A stretch of 64,000 nucleotides of DNA from an uncultured delta proteobacterium (GTDB lineage Bacteria; Myxococcota; UBA727; VGSZ01), in the NCBI GenBank assembly GCA_963775425.1, contig CAVZJB010000013.1, forward strand, positions 160,001 through 224,000. Reading direction: 5' to 3'. A program made the position numbers and the translations under genes. Shown here piece by piece: positions 51,919 through 62,489 of the stretch (positions within the stretch are counted from its first letter, which is position 1; every line of letters starts with the position of its first letter). Under the pieces are notes generated by a model. It did not search any database. It saw only the letters and a program-made list of their open reading frames with translations, and was not told the origin of the DNA.

Positions 51919-53624
51919 TCGAGATCCTCGTTGGTGTCTTCGTCGAGGGCGGGGTTGTTCGCCTGCGCCGGCGGCTTGGCCAAGCCGATGCGCGGGAGGT
52001 CCACGCTGCGCACGCAGCGGAAGGTGACGTCGGCGGCGGCGGCGGTCTCGTGGCTGCGGTTGGCGATGGCCGGCGGCTCGATGCGGTTGCGCCACGGGCC
52101 GCCGCGCACCACCAGGCCGCCGGCGGGGTGCTGCGTCGACGTCCACTCCCACGCCTGCCCGATGTCGGAGACGCCGAAGGGGCTGTCGCCCGCGGGGTGC
52201 TCCCCGACCGGCACCGGCGCGCGCGAGGTCCACGGGCGCATCCACGTGGCCGGCAGCGCCTTCTTGTCGAACACGCTCCCCCAGGGCCAGGTCCGCCCGT
52301 CGAAGCCGCGCGCCGCCAGCTCCCACTCGATCTCCGTCGGCAGCCGCTTGCCCGCCCACTTCGCGTACGCCTGCGCCAGCTCGGGGCTGACGTTCACCGC
52401 GGGGCACGTGGCCATCTCCTCCGGGTAGCGCTCTTGCCAGGCCGCGGGGAAGTCGGTGTTCGTGGTGGAGCAGAAGGCGCGCAGCTCGGCGACGGTGACC
52501 GGGTGCTTGTCGATGAGGAACGGCAACACCTCGAAGTAGCTCGGCGGCTCCGCCTCGTCGTCGCCGGCGACGCCGAACAGGTAGCGGCCGCCGCCCACGA
52601 AGACCATCTCGTCCGGCAGCGACGACACGTCCTTCTCGAGGACGGCCACGCCCTCCTGCGACGCCGGGCGGATGCGCAGCTTCATGGTGGCGGCTTCGCT
52701 GGACTTGATGCGGGTGAGGCGCTTGCGCATGCGGCGCGCGAGGTTGCCTTCGCGATCGAGGGTGGCGGCCTCCTGCTGCTTGACGTCGTCGCAGAGCGTC
52801 TCGAGCTCGCGGCCCACCTCGCTGAAGTGGCCGCCGCCCGCCGCCTTCATGAGCGGCTCGACGAGGTGCATCAGCTCGCGCACGCCGTTGTGCTCCAGCT
52901 TCATCGCGCGCTCGGCGGAGCGCCGCAGCTCCGCGGGCACGACGCCGAGCGGGCCCTCCTCGTCGAGCTTGGCGCTCGCCGAAAACGGCAGCCCGGTGCA
53001 CAGCTCGAACAGCAGGCCGGCGACGCCGAACGCGTCGGCGCTGGCCTTCACGCGGCCCTGGAAGTCCGGCGGCGAAAAGCGCGTCTCCTCGTCGTCCGGC
53101 GCGGCCTGCTCGAAGGAGGTGCCGAGAAAGATGGTGCGTCCGGTCCACGACAGGATGAAGCGCCTCGGGTGGACGAGGGGCGCGACGATGGCGTTTTCGC
53201 CGCGGTCGAAGTGGTCCGCGGCGAGGTCGAGGAGGCAGGCGGCGGCGCAATAGGTGGCCGTGAGCGCCAGGCCGGTGCTCAGCGTGCCGCGGTCGACGGC
53301 GCGCTCGATGAGCCGGTCGAGCGAGATGCCGGGGACGTACTGCGTGGCCCAATAGGGGACGTCGGCGACGACGCCGGCGTCGACGTGGATGGCCAGGAGC
53401 TCCCCGTGGCTGCGGGCGCGGAGCTGGCAGGCGGCGTCGAAGGCCACCCGCTCGCGCCTGGCGAACTTGCCCCAGCGCGGCAGGCGGCGCACCGTGACCA
53501 CGGGCGACAGCTCACGCTCGAGGTCGACGGCGCGGTAGGTCTCCGGCCCGTGCGCGTCGAGCTGCTCGAGCAGCACGAAGCGGCCGAAGATCTCCTGCTG
53601 CGCCAACGGCGAAACGTCGTCCAC
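51915..53624 (-). CDS. Pseudokinase-like N-terminus + FGE-sulfatase (SUMF1) domain protein
   Basis: FGRFVLLEQL...YRAVD...YVPGISL kinase-like lacking VAIK/HRD/DFG; RLPTEIEWE.AARG, SPFG, WEWT, VRGG, FRC. Confidence 0.8.
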   Translation of the reverse strand: MDDVSPLAQQEIFGRFVLLEQLDAHGPETYRAVDLERELSPVVTVRRLPRWGKFARRERVAFDAACQLRARSHGELLAIHVDAGVVADVPYWATQYVPGISLDRLIERAVDRGTLSTGLALTATYCAAACLLDLAADHFDRGENAIVAPLVHPRRFILSWTGRTIFLGTSFEQAAPDDEETRFSPPDFQGRVKASADAFGVAGLLFELCTGLPFSASAKLDEEGPLGVVPAELRRSAERAMKLEHNGVRELMHLVEPLMKAAGGGHFSEVGRELETLCDDVKQQEAATLDREGNLARRMRKRLTRIKSSEAATMKLRIRPASQEGVAVLEKDVSSLPDEMVFVGGGRYLFGVAGDDEAEPPSYFEVLPFLIDKHPVTVAELRAFCSTTNTDFPAAWQERYPEEMATCPAVNVSPELAQAYAKWAGKRLPTEIEWELAARGFDGRTWPWGSVFDKKALPATWMRPWTSRAPVPVGEHPAGDSPFGVSDIGQAWEWTSTQHPAGGLVVRGGPWRNRIEPPAIANRSHETAAAADVTFRCVRSVDLPRIGLAKPPAQANNPALDEDTNEDLE

Positions 53625-53762
53625 TCATCGGGTTGTACCGCACAGCCGTCGACGCGGTCGACGTGGGCGCGTCACGCGCCCGAACCGGGATTCCGGCGCT
53701 TGTTCGCCGCCGGAGCCGCGCCCGGCGGAGCGGGCTCGAGGCCGCGCACCCGTGGGGCGCCG

Positions 53763-54512
53763 TCACTCGCCGAGGTACGCCTTGCGGATCTCGGGCGACG
53801 CCAACAGCTCCTTGCCGCGGCCCTCCATCACGATCTCGCCCGTCTCGAGCACGTACGCGTAGTGGCACATGCCGAGCGCCAGGTGCGCGTTCTGCTCGAC
53901 GAGGAGGATCGACACCCCGCGCTGGTTGACGGTGCGGAGGATGCTGAAGATGCGCTCGATGATCTGCGGCGCGAGCCCCAGGCTGGGCTCGTCGAGCAAC
54001 AACAGGCGCGGACGGCTCATGAGCGCGCGCGCCACGGCCAGCATCTGCTGCTCGCCGCCCGACAGCGTGCCCGCGCGCTGCTTGTTGCGCTCCTTCAAGA
54101 TGGGGAAGAGCGTGAAGCACTCCTCGCGGTCCTTCTCGATCTCCGCGGTGTCCCTGCGCAGGTACGCCCCGAGGTCGAGGTTCTCCGAGACGCTCAGGTT
54201 CAAGAAGATGCCGCGGCCCTCGGGGGCGTGGGCCATCCCCTTGCCGACGAGCGCGTGCGCCTTGGCGCCGGTGATGTCCTCGGCGCCGAAGGCCACCTTG
54301 CCGCCGGCGGGCTTGAGCATCCCGGAGACCGCCCGCAGCGTCGACGTCTTGCCGGCGCCGTTGGCCCCGATGAGCGCCACCACCTCGCCCTTGCCCACCG
54401 ACAGGGAGATGCCGCGCAAAGCGACGATGGCGCCGTAGCTCACGTGGAGGTCCCTCACGTCGAGCAGCGTCTCGCGCGGCGCTCTCTCCCCGAGGACGGT
54501 GGCGCTCGTCAT
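53763..54512 (-). CDS. livF: Branched-chain amino acid ABC transporter ATPase
   Basis: GANGAGKT, LSGGEQQML, LLDEPSLGLAP, VEQNA, KAYLG. Confidence 0.93.
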   Translation of the reverse strand: MTSATVLGERAPRETLLDVRDLHVSYGAIVALRGISLSVGKGEVVALIGANGAGKTSTLRAVSGMLKPAGGKVAFGAEDITGAKAHALVGKGMAHAPEGRGIFLNLSVSENLDLGAYLRRDTAEIEKDREECFTLFPILKERNKQRAGTLSGGEQQMLAVARALMSRPRLLLLDEPSLGLAPQIIERIFSILRTVNQRGVSILLVEQNAHLALGMCHYAYVLETGEIVMEGRGKELLASPEIRKAYLGE

Positions 54513-55378
54513 ACCTGGAGCTCCTTGGTCTCCACGCCCAGGTACGCCTCGATCACCTTGGGGTTGTTCTTCACCTGCTCCGGCGTGCCCACGGCGATGG
54601 TCTCGCCGTGGTCGAGCACGGTGATGTTCTCGCAGATGCCCATCACGAGCTTCATGTCGTGCTCGATGACGAGGATGCCGAGCTCGAAGTCGTCGCGCAG
54701 GCGGCGGATGAGGACCATGAGGTCCTGCTTCTCCCGCGTGTTCATGCCGGCGGCCGGCTCGTCGAGGAGGAGCACCTTGGGGCCGGTGGCCAGCGCGCGC
54801 GCGATCTCCAGGCGGCGCTGCTCGCCGTACGGCAGGGACGACGCCATCTCGTCGGCGCGATAGGCGAGGCCCATCACCTCGAGCAGCGCGAGGGCGCGCT
54901 CCTCGATCTCTTTTTCTTCGCGCAGAAAACCGGGCGTGAGCAGAAACGCGCGCCACCAGTCGAGGTAGTTGCCCCACGCCTCGAACGTGTACGCGAGCGC
55001 GTTGTTGCCCTCCTTGCGCAGCGCCTCCACCCTGCTCCGGGGGAACAGCGGGGTCTTGTCGGAGAGGCACGCGACCTTGACGTTGTCGAGGGCAGTGAGG
55101 TCGCGGAACAGGCGGATGTTCTGGAAGGTGCGCGCGAGGCCCGCGCGGTTGATCTGGTGCGGCAGGCGGCCGTTGACGCGGACGCCGTCGACGAAGACGT
55201 CGCCCGACGTGGGCGCGTACACGCCGGTGAGCGCGTTGAACGCGGTGGTCTTGCCGGCGCCGTTGGGCCCGATGAGCCCCTTGAGGTCGCCCTTGTCGAT
55301 GGAGAGCGAGAACTCGGCGAGCGCCTTGAGGCCGCCGAACTGCATGGTGCACGCCCGCGCCTCGAGCAGCGCCGTCAC
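54509..55378 (-). CDS. livG: Branched-chain amino acid ABC transporter ATPase
   Basis: FGGLKAL, GPNGAGKTT, ARTFQNIRLF, LPYGEQRRLEIARAL, EHDM, VIEAYLG. Confidence 0.93.
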   Translation of the reverse strand: MTALLEARACTMQFGGLKALAEFSLSIDKGDLKGLIGPNGAGKTTAFNALTGVYAPTSGDVFVDGVRVNGRLPHQINRAGLARTFQNIRLFRDLTALDNVKVACLSDKTPLFPRSRVEALRKEGNNALAYTFEAWGNYLDWWRAFLLTPGFLREEKEIEERALALLEVMGLAYRADEMASSLPYGEQRRLEIARALATGPKVLLLDEPAAGMNTREKQDLMVLIRRLRDDFELGILVIEHDMKLVMGICENITVLDHGETIAVGTPEQVKNNPKVIEAYLGVETKELQV

Positions 55379-56547
55379 GAGGCCCCCGGAGGCGGCGGGC
55401 TCGCGGTGCGGCGGCGGCGCTTGAACGGGCCGAAGTCCCACAGCTCCTTGGTGCCGAACAGCCCCTGCGGCCGCAAGAGCATGATGGCGACGAGGAGCAG
55501 GCCGTAGATGGGCATGCGCGCCTGGTCGACCTTCTGCGCGACGTCGCCGGACGCGCCCGCAGCGAGGAAGATGGAGCGCAGCGCCTCCGGCAGGAGCGTC
55601 AGCGTCACCGCGGCGATGATGGCGCCGGTGGTGGAGCCGAGGCCGCCGGCCACGATCATCACCACGATCTCCATCGACTTCACGAACGTGAACGACGCCG
55701 GGTTCACGATGCTCTGGTAGTGCGCGAACACGCCGCCCGCGAGGCCGGCAAAGAAGGCGGCGACCACGAAGGAGCGCACCTTGTAGCCGGTGGTGTTGAC
55801 GCCCATGGCCTCGGCGGCGACCTCGTCCTCGCGGATGGCGAGGAGCGAGCGCCCGTGCGTAGACGCCGCGATGCGCCGCGCGACCACGACGGTGATGAAC
55901 ACGACGAGCCAGCAGGAAAACAGCGTGGTCCACTGCGGCGGATCCCGCAGGCCGAGCGCGCGGCCGAACATGTCGGTGTTCTGCACGATGACGCGGATGA
56001 TCTCGCCGAAGCCGAGCGTGACGATGGCGAGGTAGTCGCCCTTCAAGCGCAAAGACGGCAAGCCGACGACGAAGCCGAACACGGCCGCGGTGCTCGCGCC
56101 CGCGAGGAGCGAGATCACGAACATCACCTGGTCGCTCACGGCGCCCGGCAGAAACGAGATGTCGTAGGTGACGAGCGTCTTTGACACCACGACCCCGACG
56201 TAGGCGCCGATGGCCATGAAGCCCGCGTGGCCGATGGAGAACTGGCCCGTCATGCCGTTCACGATGTTGAGCGACACCGCGAGGATGACGTTGACGCCCA
56301 CGGCCTTGGCGAGGATGACGAAGAACGGCGAGTCCTCCGTGGCCACCTGCACCAGCGCCAGGATGGGGATGGCCACGAGGAACGGGAAGATGCCGCGCAG
56401 GCCCGGCGGCAGCTTCTCCAGGAAGGCGAACGCGGGGTGCAGCGACGACGTCGACGACGGCGGCGAGCGCGGGTCCGGCGACTGCTCCGACGACGACGGC
56501 GACGGGGACGGCGGCGGCGAGGTCGGGGGCGTCTTGTCGGAGGCCAC
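55375..56547 (-). CDS. livM: Branched-chain amino acid ABC transporter permease
   Basis: SLNIVNGMTGQFSIGHAGF, LRLKGDYLAIVTLGFGEI, AIREDEVAA. Confidence 0.92.
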   Translation of the reverse strand: MASDKTPPTSPPPSPSPSSSEQSPDPRSPPSSTSSLHPAFAFLEKLPPGLRGIFPFLVAIPILALVQVATEDSPFFVILAKAVGVNVILAVSLNIVNGMTGQFSIGHAGFMAIGAYVGVVVSKTLVTYDISFLPGAVSDQVMFVISLLAGASTAAVFGFVVGLPSLRLKGDYLAIVTLGFGEIIRVIVQNTDMFGRALGLRDPPQWTTLFSCWLVVFITVVVARRIAASTHGRSLLAIREDEVAAEAMGVNTTGYKVRSFVVAAFFAGLAGGVFAHYQSIVNPASFTFVKSMEIVVMIVAGGLGSTTGAIIAAVTLTLLPEALRSIFLAAGASGDVAQKVDQARMPIYGLLLVAIMLLRPQGLFGTKELWDFGPFKRRRRTASPPPPGAS

Positions 56548-56549
56548 GG

Positions 56550-57293
56550 TCAGCCCCCCGCCTGCGCGATGAGCGCGTTGGTGGCGACGTTGTAGCAGGC
56601 GTCCTCGACGTCGGCGCAGGCGCCTGCGTCGTTGTTGAAGCAGTCGGCCCACGCGGTGCGGAAGTCGAGGTTGGCGGGGGTGAGGTCGTCGACGCACGTG
56701 GACAGCGGGAAGCCGTTGTCGCCCTCGCCGGCGCAGGTGTCGGCGGCGTCCTGGCACAGCTGCGCGGCGCCGGGGTTCTCGCAGGCGCTGAGGCCGGCGA
56801 AGCAGGCGTTGATGGCGGCGGCGTCGTGGCAGTCGGCCGACGCGATCTGCGCGAGGCACGCGAACGCGGCGTCGAACAGGCCCGCGCGCAGCGTGAGCCC
56901 GGCGTCGCGGCAGGTGCTCTCGGTCTCGTTTTGATCGATGGCCGCGCACGAGGCCGCGGGGATGGAGGCGCAGTCGGCGACGGCGTGGGCGCCGCCGGCG
57001 TCGCCCTGGCAGCCCTCGCCCTCGCCCTCGCCCTCGCCCTCACCCTCTCCACCGAGCTTGACGCACAGGCTCGACGCGCAGGTGAGCCCGGCGTCGCAGG
57101 CGCCGCCGGCGGTGCAGGGCCCGCCCTCGGAGCCGACGGCCTTGCCGCAGCCGGCGAGCGCGCCGACGAGCGCGGCCACGACCACGAGCGTCGCGCCGGC
57201 CCTCGAGGGGACGGCCCGCGTCGCGCGCCACCCCACGCGGCGATCCCACAGGCCCACGCGGCGATCCCACAGGCGCGCGACCGCGGACGCCAT
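56550..57293 (-). CDS. Cys-rich lipoprotein with (GE)n tract inside the liv operon
   Basis: Lipobox ALAGC; GSEGGPC...C..GLTC...LC; [13 protein letters not shown]; Cys-rich helical C-terminus; abuts livH and livM. Confidence 0.75.
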   Translation of the reverse strand: MASAVARLWDRRVGLWDRRVGWRATRAVPSRAGATLVVVAALVGALAGCGKAVGSEGGPCTAGGACDAGLTCASSLCVKLGGEGEGEGEGEGEGCQGDAGGAHAVADCASIPAASCAAIDQNETESTCRDAGLTLRAGLFDAAFACLAQIASADCHDAAAINACFAGLSACENPGAAQLCQDAADTCAGEGDNGFPLSTCVDDLTPANLDFRTAWADCFNNDAGACADVEDACYNVATNALIAQAGG

Positions 57294-58228
57294 CAGACCT
57301 TCTCCGCCGTCACTTTGCCGAACAAGCCCTCGGGCCTGAACAACAGCACGACGATGAGGAAGCCGAACGCCACGGCGTCTCGCCACGTGGAGCTGCCGTA
57401 GCCGACGACCATCTCCTCGACGAAGCCGAGCAACAGCCCGCCGACGACGGCGCCGGGGACGTGGCCGATGCCGCCGATGACGGCGGCGACGAACGCCTTG
57501 AGGCCGATCATGGTGCCCATGAGCGGCTGCACCAGCGTGTCCTTGATGGCGTAGAGGATGCCGGCGCCGGCGGCGAGGCCGCTGCCGAGCATGAAGGTGG
57601 CGGCGATGACGCGGTCGACGGGGATGCCCATCAAGGCGCTGGTGCGGTGATCGAAGCTCACCGCGCGCATGGCGGTGCCGAAGCGCGTCTTGAACACGAG
57701 GAACTGCAGGCCGAGCATGAGCGCCACGGCGATGAGCACCGAGATCACCTGCCAGTTCCACACGACGACGTCGCGGTCGCCGATGATGATCCACTCGTGG
57801 GGCCGGATGATCTCCGGGAACGCCTTGGGCGCGGCGCCGGGCAGGATGGTGAGGCCGCCCACCTTGACGTCGAGCTGGAAGCCGTACGAGATGGCGAACG
57901 ACACGCCGATGGCGGTGATGAGCGCCACCAGGCGCGGCTTCTCCCGCAGGGGCCGGTAGGCGAAGCGCTCCACCAGGAAGCCGATGAGCGCGCACAGCCC
58001 CATGGCCACGAGGAACACCAGCGTGACGCCGAAGAAGGTGCTGCTGTTCTGGCGCCCGAGCTGGTGGGCGGTGGCGTAGCCGGCGTAGACGCCCACCATC
58101 ATCACGTCGCCGTGGGCGAAGTTGATGAGCTTCAGCACGCCGTACACCATGGTGTAGCCGAGCGCGACGAGCGCATAGATGGTGCCCGCGGCCAGGCCGT
58201 TGATCAGGTGCTGAACGAGCTCCGCCAC
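57293..58228 (-). CDS. livH: Branched-chain amino acid ABC transporter permease
   Basis: NGLAAGTIYALVALGYTMVYGVLKLINFAHGD, LKAFVAAVIGGIG. Confidence 0.94.
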   Translation of the reverse strand: MAELVQHLINGLAAGTIYALVALGYTMVYGVLKLINFAHGDVMMVGVYAGYATAHQLGRQNSSTFFGVTLVFLVAMGLCALIGFLVERFAYRPLREKPRLVALITAIGVSFAISYGFQLDVKVGGLTILPGAAPKAFPEIIRPHEWIIIGDRDVVVWNWQVISVLIAVALMLGLQFLVFKTRFGTAMRAVSFDHRTSALMGIPVDRVIAATFMLGSGLAAGAGILYAIKDTLVQPLMGTMIGLKAFVAAVIGGIGHVPGAVVGGLLLGFVEEMVVGYGSSTWRDAVAFGFLIVVLLFRPEGLFGKVTAEKV

Positions 58229-58327
58229 GGCGGGCGCGTAGCGGAATCAGCGCCCCGTGCCAACGCCGGAGCGGCGCCTACGAACGCGGGCGCGCAATGT
58301 AACTGCGGGCTGATCGATGATGTCCCC

Positions 58328-58840
58328 ATGAGCAAGCAGCCTTTCTCCACCGGCTGGGTCATCGCCAGCATCGTGATCTTCACCGCCCTCGAGCTGCTCA
58401 TCGGCCTCGTGCTCGCCCCCGCGATCTTCGCGGGCCGCATGGTGGCGTCCCAGATGTGGCGCATCCGCGTGGAGATGCTGATGCACCTCGGCAGCTTCTT
58501 CCTCGGCGGCATCCTGGTGGGGCTCCTCTCGCCCGGCGTGCGCCTGTTGGAGCCGGCGGTGGGCGCGTTCGTCTCCGTGCTGCTCGTGTTCCTCTGGGCG
58601 GTGTTCATGCCGTACTCGTGGTTCCACTTCGACCTGAGCAAGATCGTCGTCGGCGGCGGCATCGCCTTCGGCCTCGGCCTCGCCGGCGCGTACTCGGGCG
58701 AAAAGTGGATGGGCAACATCCCCGACGACGGCGCCCGGGCCCGCCTGCGCAGCCGCATGTGGGGCGACCGCGGCATGCTCGGCAGGAGCGACGCGCGGGC
58801 GCTCGACGACAAGCTCGCCGAGCTTCAGCGCCGGTCGTAG
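58328..58840 (+). CDS. Four-TM membrane protein
   Basis: MSKQPFSTGWVIASIVIF...SPG..LLEPA.GA; codon bias. Confidence 0.75.
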   Translation: MSKQPFSTGWVIASIVIFTALELLIGLVLAPAIFAGRMVASQMWRIRVEMLMHLGSFFLGGILVGLLSPGVRLLEPAVGAFVSVLLVFLWAVFMPYSWFHFDLSKIVVGGGIAFGLGLAGAYSGEKWMGNIPDDGARARLRSRMWGDRGMLGRSDARALDDKLAELQRRS

Positions 58841-58854
58841 GGCTCGCCCGGGGC

Positions 58855-59943
58855 CTAGAACACGGTGCCGGGGTCGAGGACCTCGAAGGAGGCGGCGGGG
58901 ACGTCCTTGAGCTCGTCGAGGTCGTCGGTCCAGCCGGGGTCGTCGACGGACTGGAAGAACATGTCGCTGCCGTTGTCGGCGAGGATCATGCCGTAGGTCT
59001 TCATGGCCGCGAGGAACGCGCGCGGGATGGGAGAGAAGCCGGACGTGTCGAAGTCCGCGCGCAGGCGGATGCGCAGTCCCATGGGGAGCGCGTCGGGGTC
59101 GTTTTCGTCGCAGCCCTGCGGGACGGCCTGGTGCGAGGCCGGCCGCACGTAGTGCGGCTGCGTGCACGCGACCGTGAACCGCAGCGCGTGGCGGATGGCG
59201 CCGGCGGCGGCCTCGTCGAAGCGCGCGAGGCCGGCGGTGATGGACAGCCCGGCGGCGTCGGCGGAGGTGAAGCCCTCGGGGCGCTGGCCCTGCGAGCTGC
59301 GCGTCATGTCGAAGCGGGCGCCGTTGGCGCAGACGTAGCCGTCGACGTCGTCGAAGCGGCACAGCCAGCCCTCGAACACGGAGCAGTCCGCCTCGGAGAC
59401 CGCGAGCAGGTGGCAGTCGCCGTCGCAGTTGCGCGGGTCGTCGGTGCCCTCGATCTTCACGTCGTCGACGGACGGGAGCACCACGGGCCCCGGGTCGCTC
59501 TCCTCGGGGAAGATGTCGTAGGTGATGCTCACCGGCGCGGTGCCCGCGGGCACGACGTTGACGGGGATGCCGAAGTGCTCGGTGGCGAAGTTGCCGAAGT
59601 CGGGGTGGAGCTTCACGCCCGCGTAGCGCGCGCGAAACGACGTTGTGCGCGCTGTGTCGACGGCGGCGGCGCTGACGTCGGTGTTCCAGGCGTCGTCGGC
59701 GGTGAAGACGGGGCAGGCGCCGACGTGGGGCACGGCGGCGTCGCCCTCGCCTTCGCCTTCGCCTTCGCCTTCGCCTTCGCCTTCGCCTTCGCCTTCGCCT
59801 TCACCTTCGCCTTCGCCTTCGCCTTCGCCTTCGCCTTCGCCCTCGCCCTCGCCCTCGCCCGCCGAGGGGCCGGCGCCCGGGTCGACGGCGGGGCACGCGG
59901 CCGCGAGCGACGCCGCCCACGCGAGGAGGACGAGCGCCCTCAC
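58855..59943 (-). CDS. Lipoprotein with long (GE)n tract and conserved globular domain of unknown function
   Basis: Lipobox LAAAC; about 19 GE pairs; CPVF.AD.AWN.DVS, SADAAGL, I.HALRFT, PMG.R.RL, KTYGMILADNGS. Confidence 0.85.
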   Translation of the reverse strand: MRALVLLAWAASLAAACPAVDPGAGPSAGEGEGEGEGEGEGEGEGEGEGEGEGEGEGEGEGEGEGEGDAAVPHVGACPVFTADDAWNTDVSAAAVDTARTTSFRARYAGVKLHPDFGNFATEHFGIPVNVVPAGTAPVSITYDIFPEESDPGPVVLPSVDDVKIEGTDDPRNCDGDCHLLAVSEADCSVFEGWLCRFDDVDGYVCANGARFDMTRSSQGQRPEGFTSADAAGLSITAGLARFDEAAAGAIRHALRFTVACTQPHYVRPASHQAVPQGCDENDPDALPMGLRIRLRADFDTSGFSPIPRAFLAAMKTYGMILADNGSDMFFQSVDDPGWTDDLDELKDVPAASFEVLDPGTVF

Positions 59944-60833
59944 GCGCTCGCCTTCGCCGGCACCGGCTCGGACGAGGGCGCCGGCAGCTCCCGCGGCGCC
60001 GGCAACGGACCGAAGCCCGCCTCGGGGTCTTCGAAGAGGCGCCGGAGGGTCTTCGACATGCGCGAGGCGTGCATCCCGTCGAGCACGCGGTGATCAAAAG
60101 TGGCGAAGCAGCGGAGGATCTTCCCCACGACGATGTTGCCGTCCTCGACGACGGCCTCGTCCTGCACGGCGCCCACCGCCACCAACAGCGGCACCCGCGA
60201 GTACGGCACGAGCGGCACGTACGCCTCCTCGAGGCCGAGCGAGCCGATGTTCGTCACCATGGCGGAGCCGAACGCGTCCTTGGGCACCCCGGCCCAGCGC
60301 AGGTCGAGGTTGAGCGTGTAGACGAGGAACCCGAGCAGATCGAGGAACTTGTTCAAGAGGAAGAACGGGATGAGCTTGAAGGTGCTGCGCGTGCCCTCGA
60401 GCTCCTTGTCCTTGCCGGCCTTCACCTTGTCCACGCTCGCCTGGAACTCGTCGACGATCTCCTCCATCGACTTGTTGTGCGCGTCGAACATGCGGTAGCC
60501 GCTCAGATCGATCTCGCCGGTCTTTGGGTCCTTCATCTCCACCTGGAAGAACACGCCGATGTCCTCGCGCAGGTAGATGCGGTTGAAGCGGAGGATGGCG
60601 TTGGCGTCGGGCATGTCCGCGAGCACCAGCGCCACCGCCTTGGCCATCACGTGGCTCAGCGTCAAGCGCTTGCCCGTCCGCCGCCGGAATTCGTCGACGT
60701 ACGCGAGCGTCTTGTCGGCCCGCAGCTTCAGCGTGCCGTAGACCGAGGGATCGTGCGCCGTCCGCCACGTCCCGATGGCGATCTTGCGGAAGGACGACAG
60801 CCGCTCTTTTTTCCGGAGGCGCAGGTTCCCCAT
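59940..60833 (-). CDS. Stand-alone 2-oxoacid dehydrogenase acyltransferase catalytic domain protein
   Basis: [32 protein letters not shown]; no lipoyl domain. Confidence 0.88.
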   Translation of the reverse strand: MGNLRLRKKERLSSFRKIAIGTWRTAHDPSVYGTLKLRADKTLAYVDEFRRRTGKRLTLSHVMAKAVALVLADMPDANAILRFNRIYLREDIGVFFQVEMKDPKTGEIDLSGYRMFDAHNKSMEEIVDEFQASVDKVKAGKDKELEGTRSTFKLIPFFLLNKFLDLLGFLVYTLNLDLRWAGVPKDAFGSAMVTNIGSLGLEEAYVPLVPYSRVPLLVAVGAVQDEAVVEDGNIVVGKILRCFATFDHRVLDGMHASRMSKTLRRLFEDPEAGFGPLPAPRELPAPSSEPVPAKASA

Positions 60834-60884
60834 GGCCGGCAGCTTACACCGACGAACACCCGCGCCTCTGCTAACCTGTCCGAC

Positions 60885-62489
60885 ATGCGCGCCGCGCACG
60901 TGTCCTCGGTGATCTTCGCCTGCGCCGCCGTCGCAGCCTGCACCGCCGCCTGTGATCCGCCGCGCTTCCTCTGCGAGAGCGACGCCGACTGCACCCCCGA
61001 CGCCTGCGTCGCCGGCGTCTGCGCCGCCGCCCGCCCCGCCGACGCCGGCCCCTCCGAAGGCGAAGGCGAAGGCGAGGGCGAGGGGGAAGGCGAAGGCGAA
61101 GGCGAGGGCGAGGGCGAGGGTGAGGGCGAGGGCGAGGGCGAAGGCGAAGGCGAGGGCTGCGCCCCCGGCGCGCACGACGGCGGCGACGGCGCCTGCGTCC
61201 CCGACGGCACCTGCAGCGCCGGCTTCCGCGACGGCGGCAGCGGCGCCTGCGTCCCCGACGGCACCTGCAGCCAGGGCTTCCACGAGGGCGGTGACGGCGC
61301 CTGCGTCGCGCTCGGTGAGTGCGCCGCGGGCTTTCACGACGGCGGCGGCGGCGCCTGCGTCACGCTCGACACGTGCAGCGACGGCTTCCACGACGGCGGC
61401 GACGGCGCCTGCGTCTCCGCGGACAGATGCAGCGCCGGCTTCACCCTCGCCGACGTGTTCCGCGACGCGGACGGCGACGGCTTCACCGCCGGCGGCGCGG
61501 TGCCGGGCTGCCTCGACAGCGACGGCAGCCCCCCGGCCGGGTTCGCCGTCGCGCGCCGGCCCGCGCCGGTGCTCCTCGTCGAGCCGGCGGCGCAGGACGG
61601 CGGCAACGGGGTCGGCAGCTGGGGCAACACCGTGGGCGCGCTTCGCCGCGACCAGAGCACCACCGGCGCGTTCATCGGCGGCGGACAGGTGCCGCACTCG
61701 ACGGCGCCCCTCGAGCTCCTCGACTTCCTGTGCGCGGCGCAGCCGAGCAGCGTCGACGGCGTGCGCGTGCGGCTCGACGGCGCCGAGGAGAGCCAGCTCG
61801 CCGGCGGCGCGAGCTACGCCATCGACGCGACGCTGTTCGTCGGCGGCGCGCTCACGGGGCACGACCGCAGCGTCGTGGTCGCGGGCGGCGCCTTCACGGC
61901 GCCGAAGGACGTGGTCGTCGGCGGCGAGGACGACACGTTCGGACTGAGCCTCACGCCCGACGACGTCTGCGATCCCGGCTTCGGCGTGGCGGTGACGTTC
62001 ACCGCGCAGTCGGTGTTCGGCGCCAGCGTCGACGTCGACGCCGTGCGCATCGAGGTCTTCGGCGCCGACGACTGCGACGACGCGGACGGCTCGGTCTACA
62101 TGCCCGCCACCGTCTTCGCCGACGCCGACGGTGACGGCTTCGGCGCAGGCGGCGGCCAGAGCGCGTGCGTCGGCGACGACGTGCGTGCGCAGGCCGACGC
62201 CATGCGCGACGACGACTGCGACGACGGCGACGGGCGCGCCTTCCTCGGCCAGGCCACGTTCTTCGACACGCCGACGGCGGGGGGCGGCTTCGACTTCAAC
62301 TGCGACCAGACCGTGACGAAGAAGAACATCAGCAGCGCCACCAGTTGCGTCGACACCGGCACCGGGACCTGCACGCACGACACCGTGACCGTGAGCGGGG
62401 AGTGCGGCGCCAACGTCACCGTGCACACCTGCCCGTCGGCGGCCCCGTGCAACCTGTCGGTGGGCTCGGTGAAGCAGGCGTGCCGCTGA
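60885..62489 (+). CDS. Cys-rich surface lipoprotein with (EG)n tract, CxxGFHDGGxGAC repeats and MopE-like repeats
   Basis: Lipobox-like CTAAC; about 20 EG pairs; five GxHDGGxGACV-type repeats; DADGDGF/DCDD motifs. Confidence 0.85.
   Translation: MRAAHVSSVIFACAAVAACTAACDPPRFLCESDADCTPDACVAGVCAAARPADAGPSEGEGEGEGEGEGEGEGEGEGEGEGEGEGEGEGEGCAPGAHDGGDGACVPDGTCSAGFRDGGSGACVPDGTCSQGFHEGGDGACVALGECAAGFHDGGGGACVTLDTCSDGFHDGGDGACVSADRCSAGFTLADVFRDADGDGFTAGGAVPGCLDSDGSPPAGFAVARRPAPVLLVEPAAQDGGNGVGSWGNTVGALRRDQSTTGAFIGGGQVPHSTAPLELLDFLCAAQPSSVDGVRVRLDGAEESQLAGGASYAIDATLFVGGALTGHDRSVVVAGGAFTAPKDVVVGGEDDTFGLSLTPDDVCDPGFGVAVTFTAQSVFGASVDVDAVRIEVFGADDCDDADGSVYMPATVFADADGDGFGAGGGQSACVGDDVRAQADAMRDDDCDDGDGRAFLGQATFFDTPTAGGGFDFNCDQTVTKKNISSATSCVDTGTGTCTHDTVTVSGECGANVTVHTCPSAAPCNLSVGSVKQACR

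Noticed and set aside
51915-53624. DGR target (FGE-type C-lectin fold)
   Set aside because: No reverse transcriptase and no template/variable repeat pair in the window.
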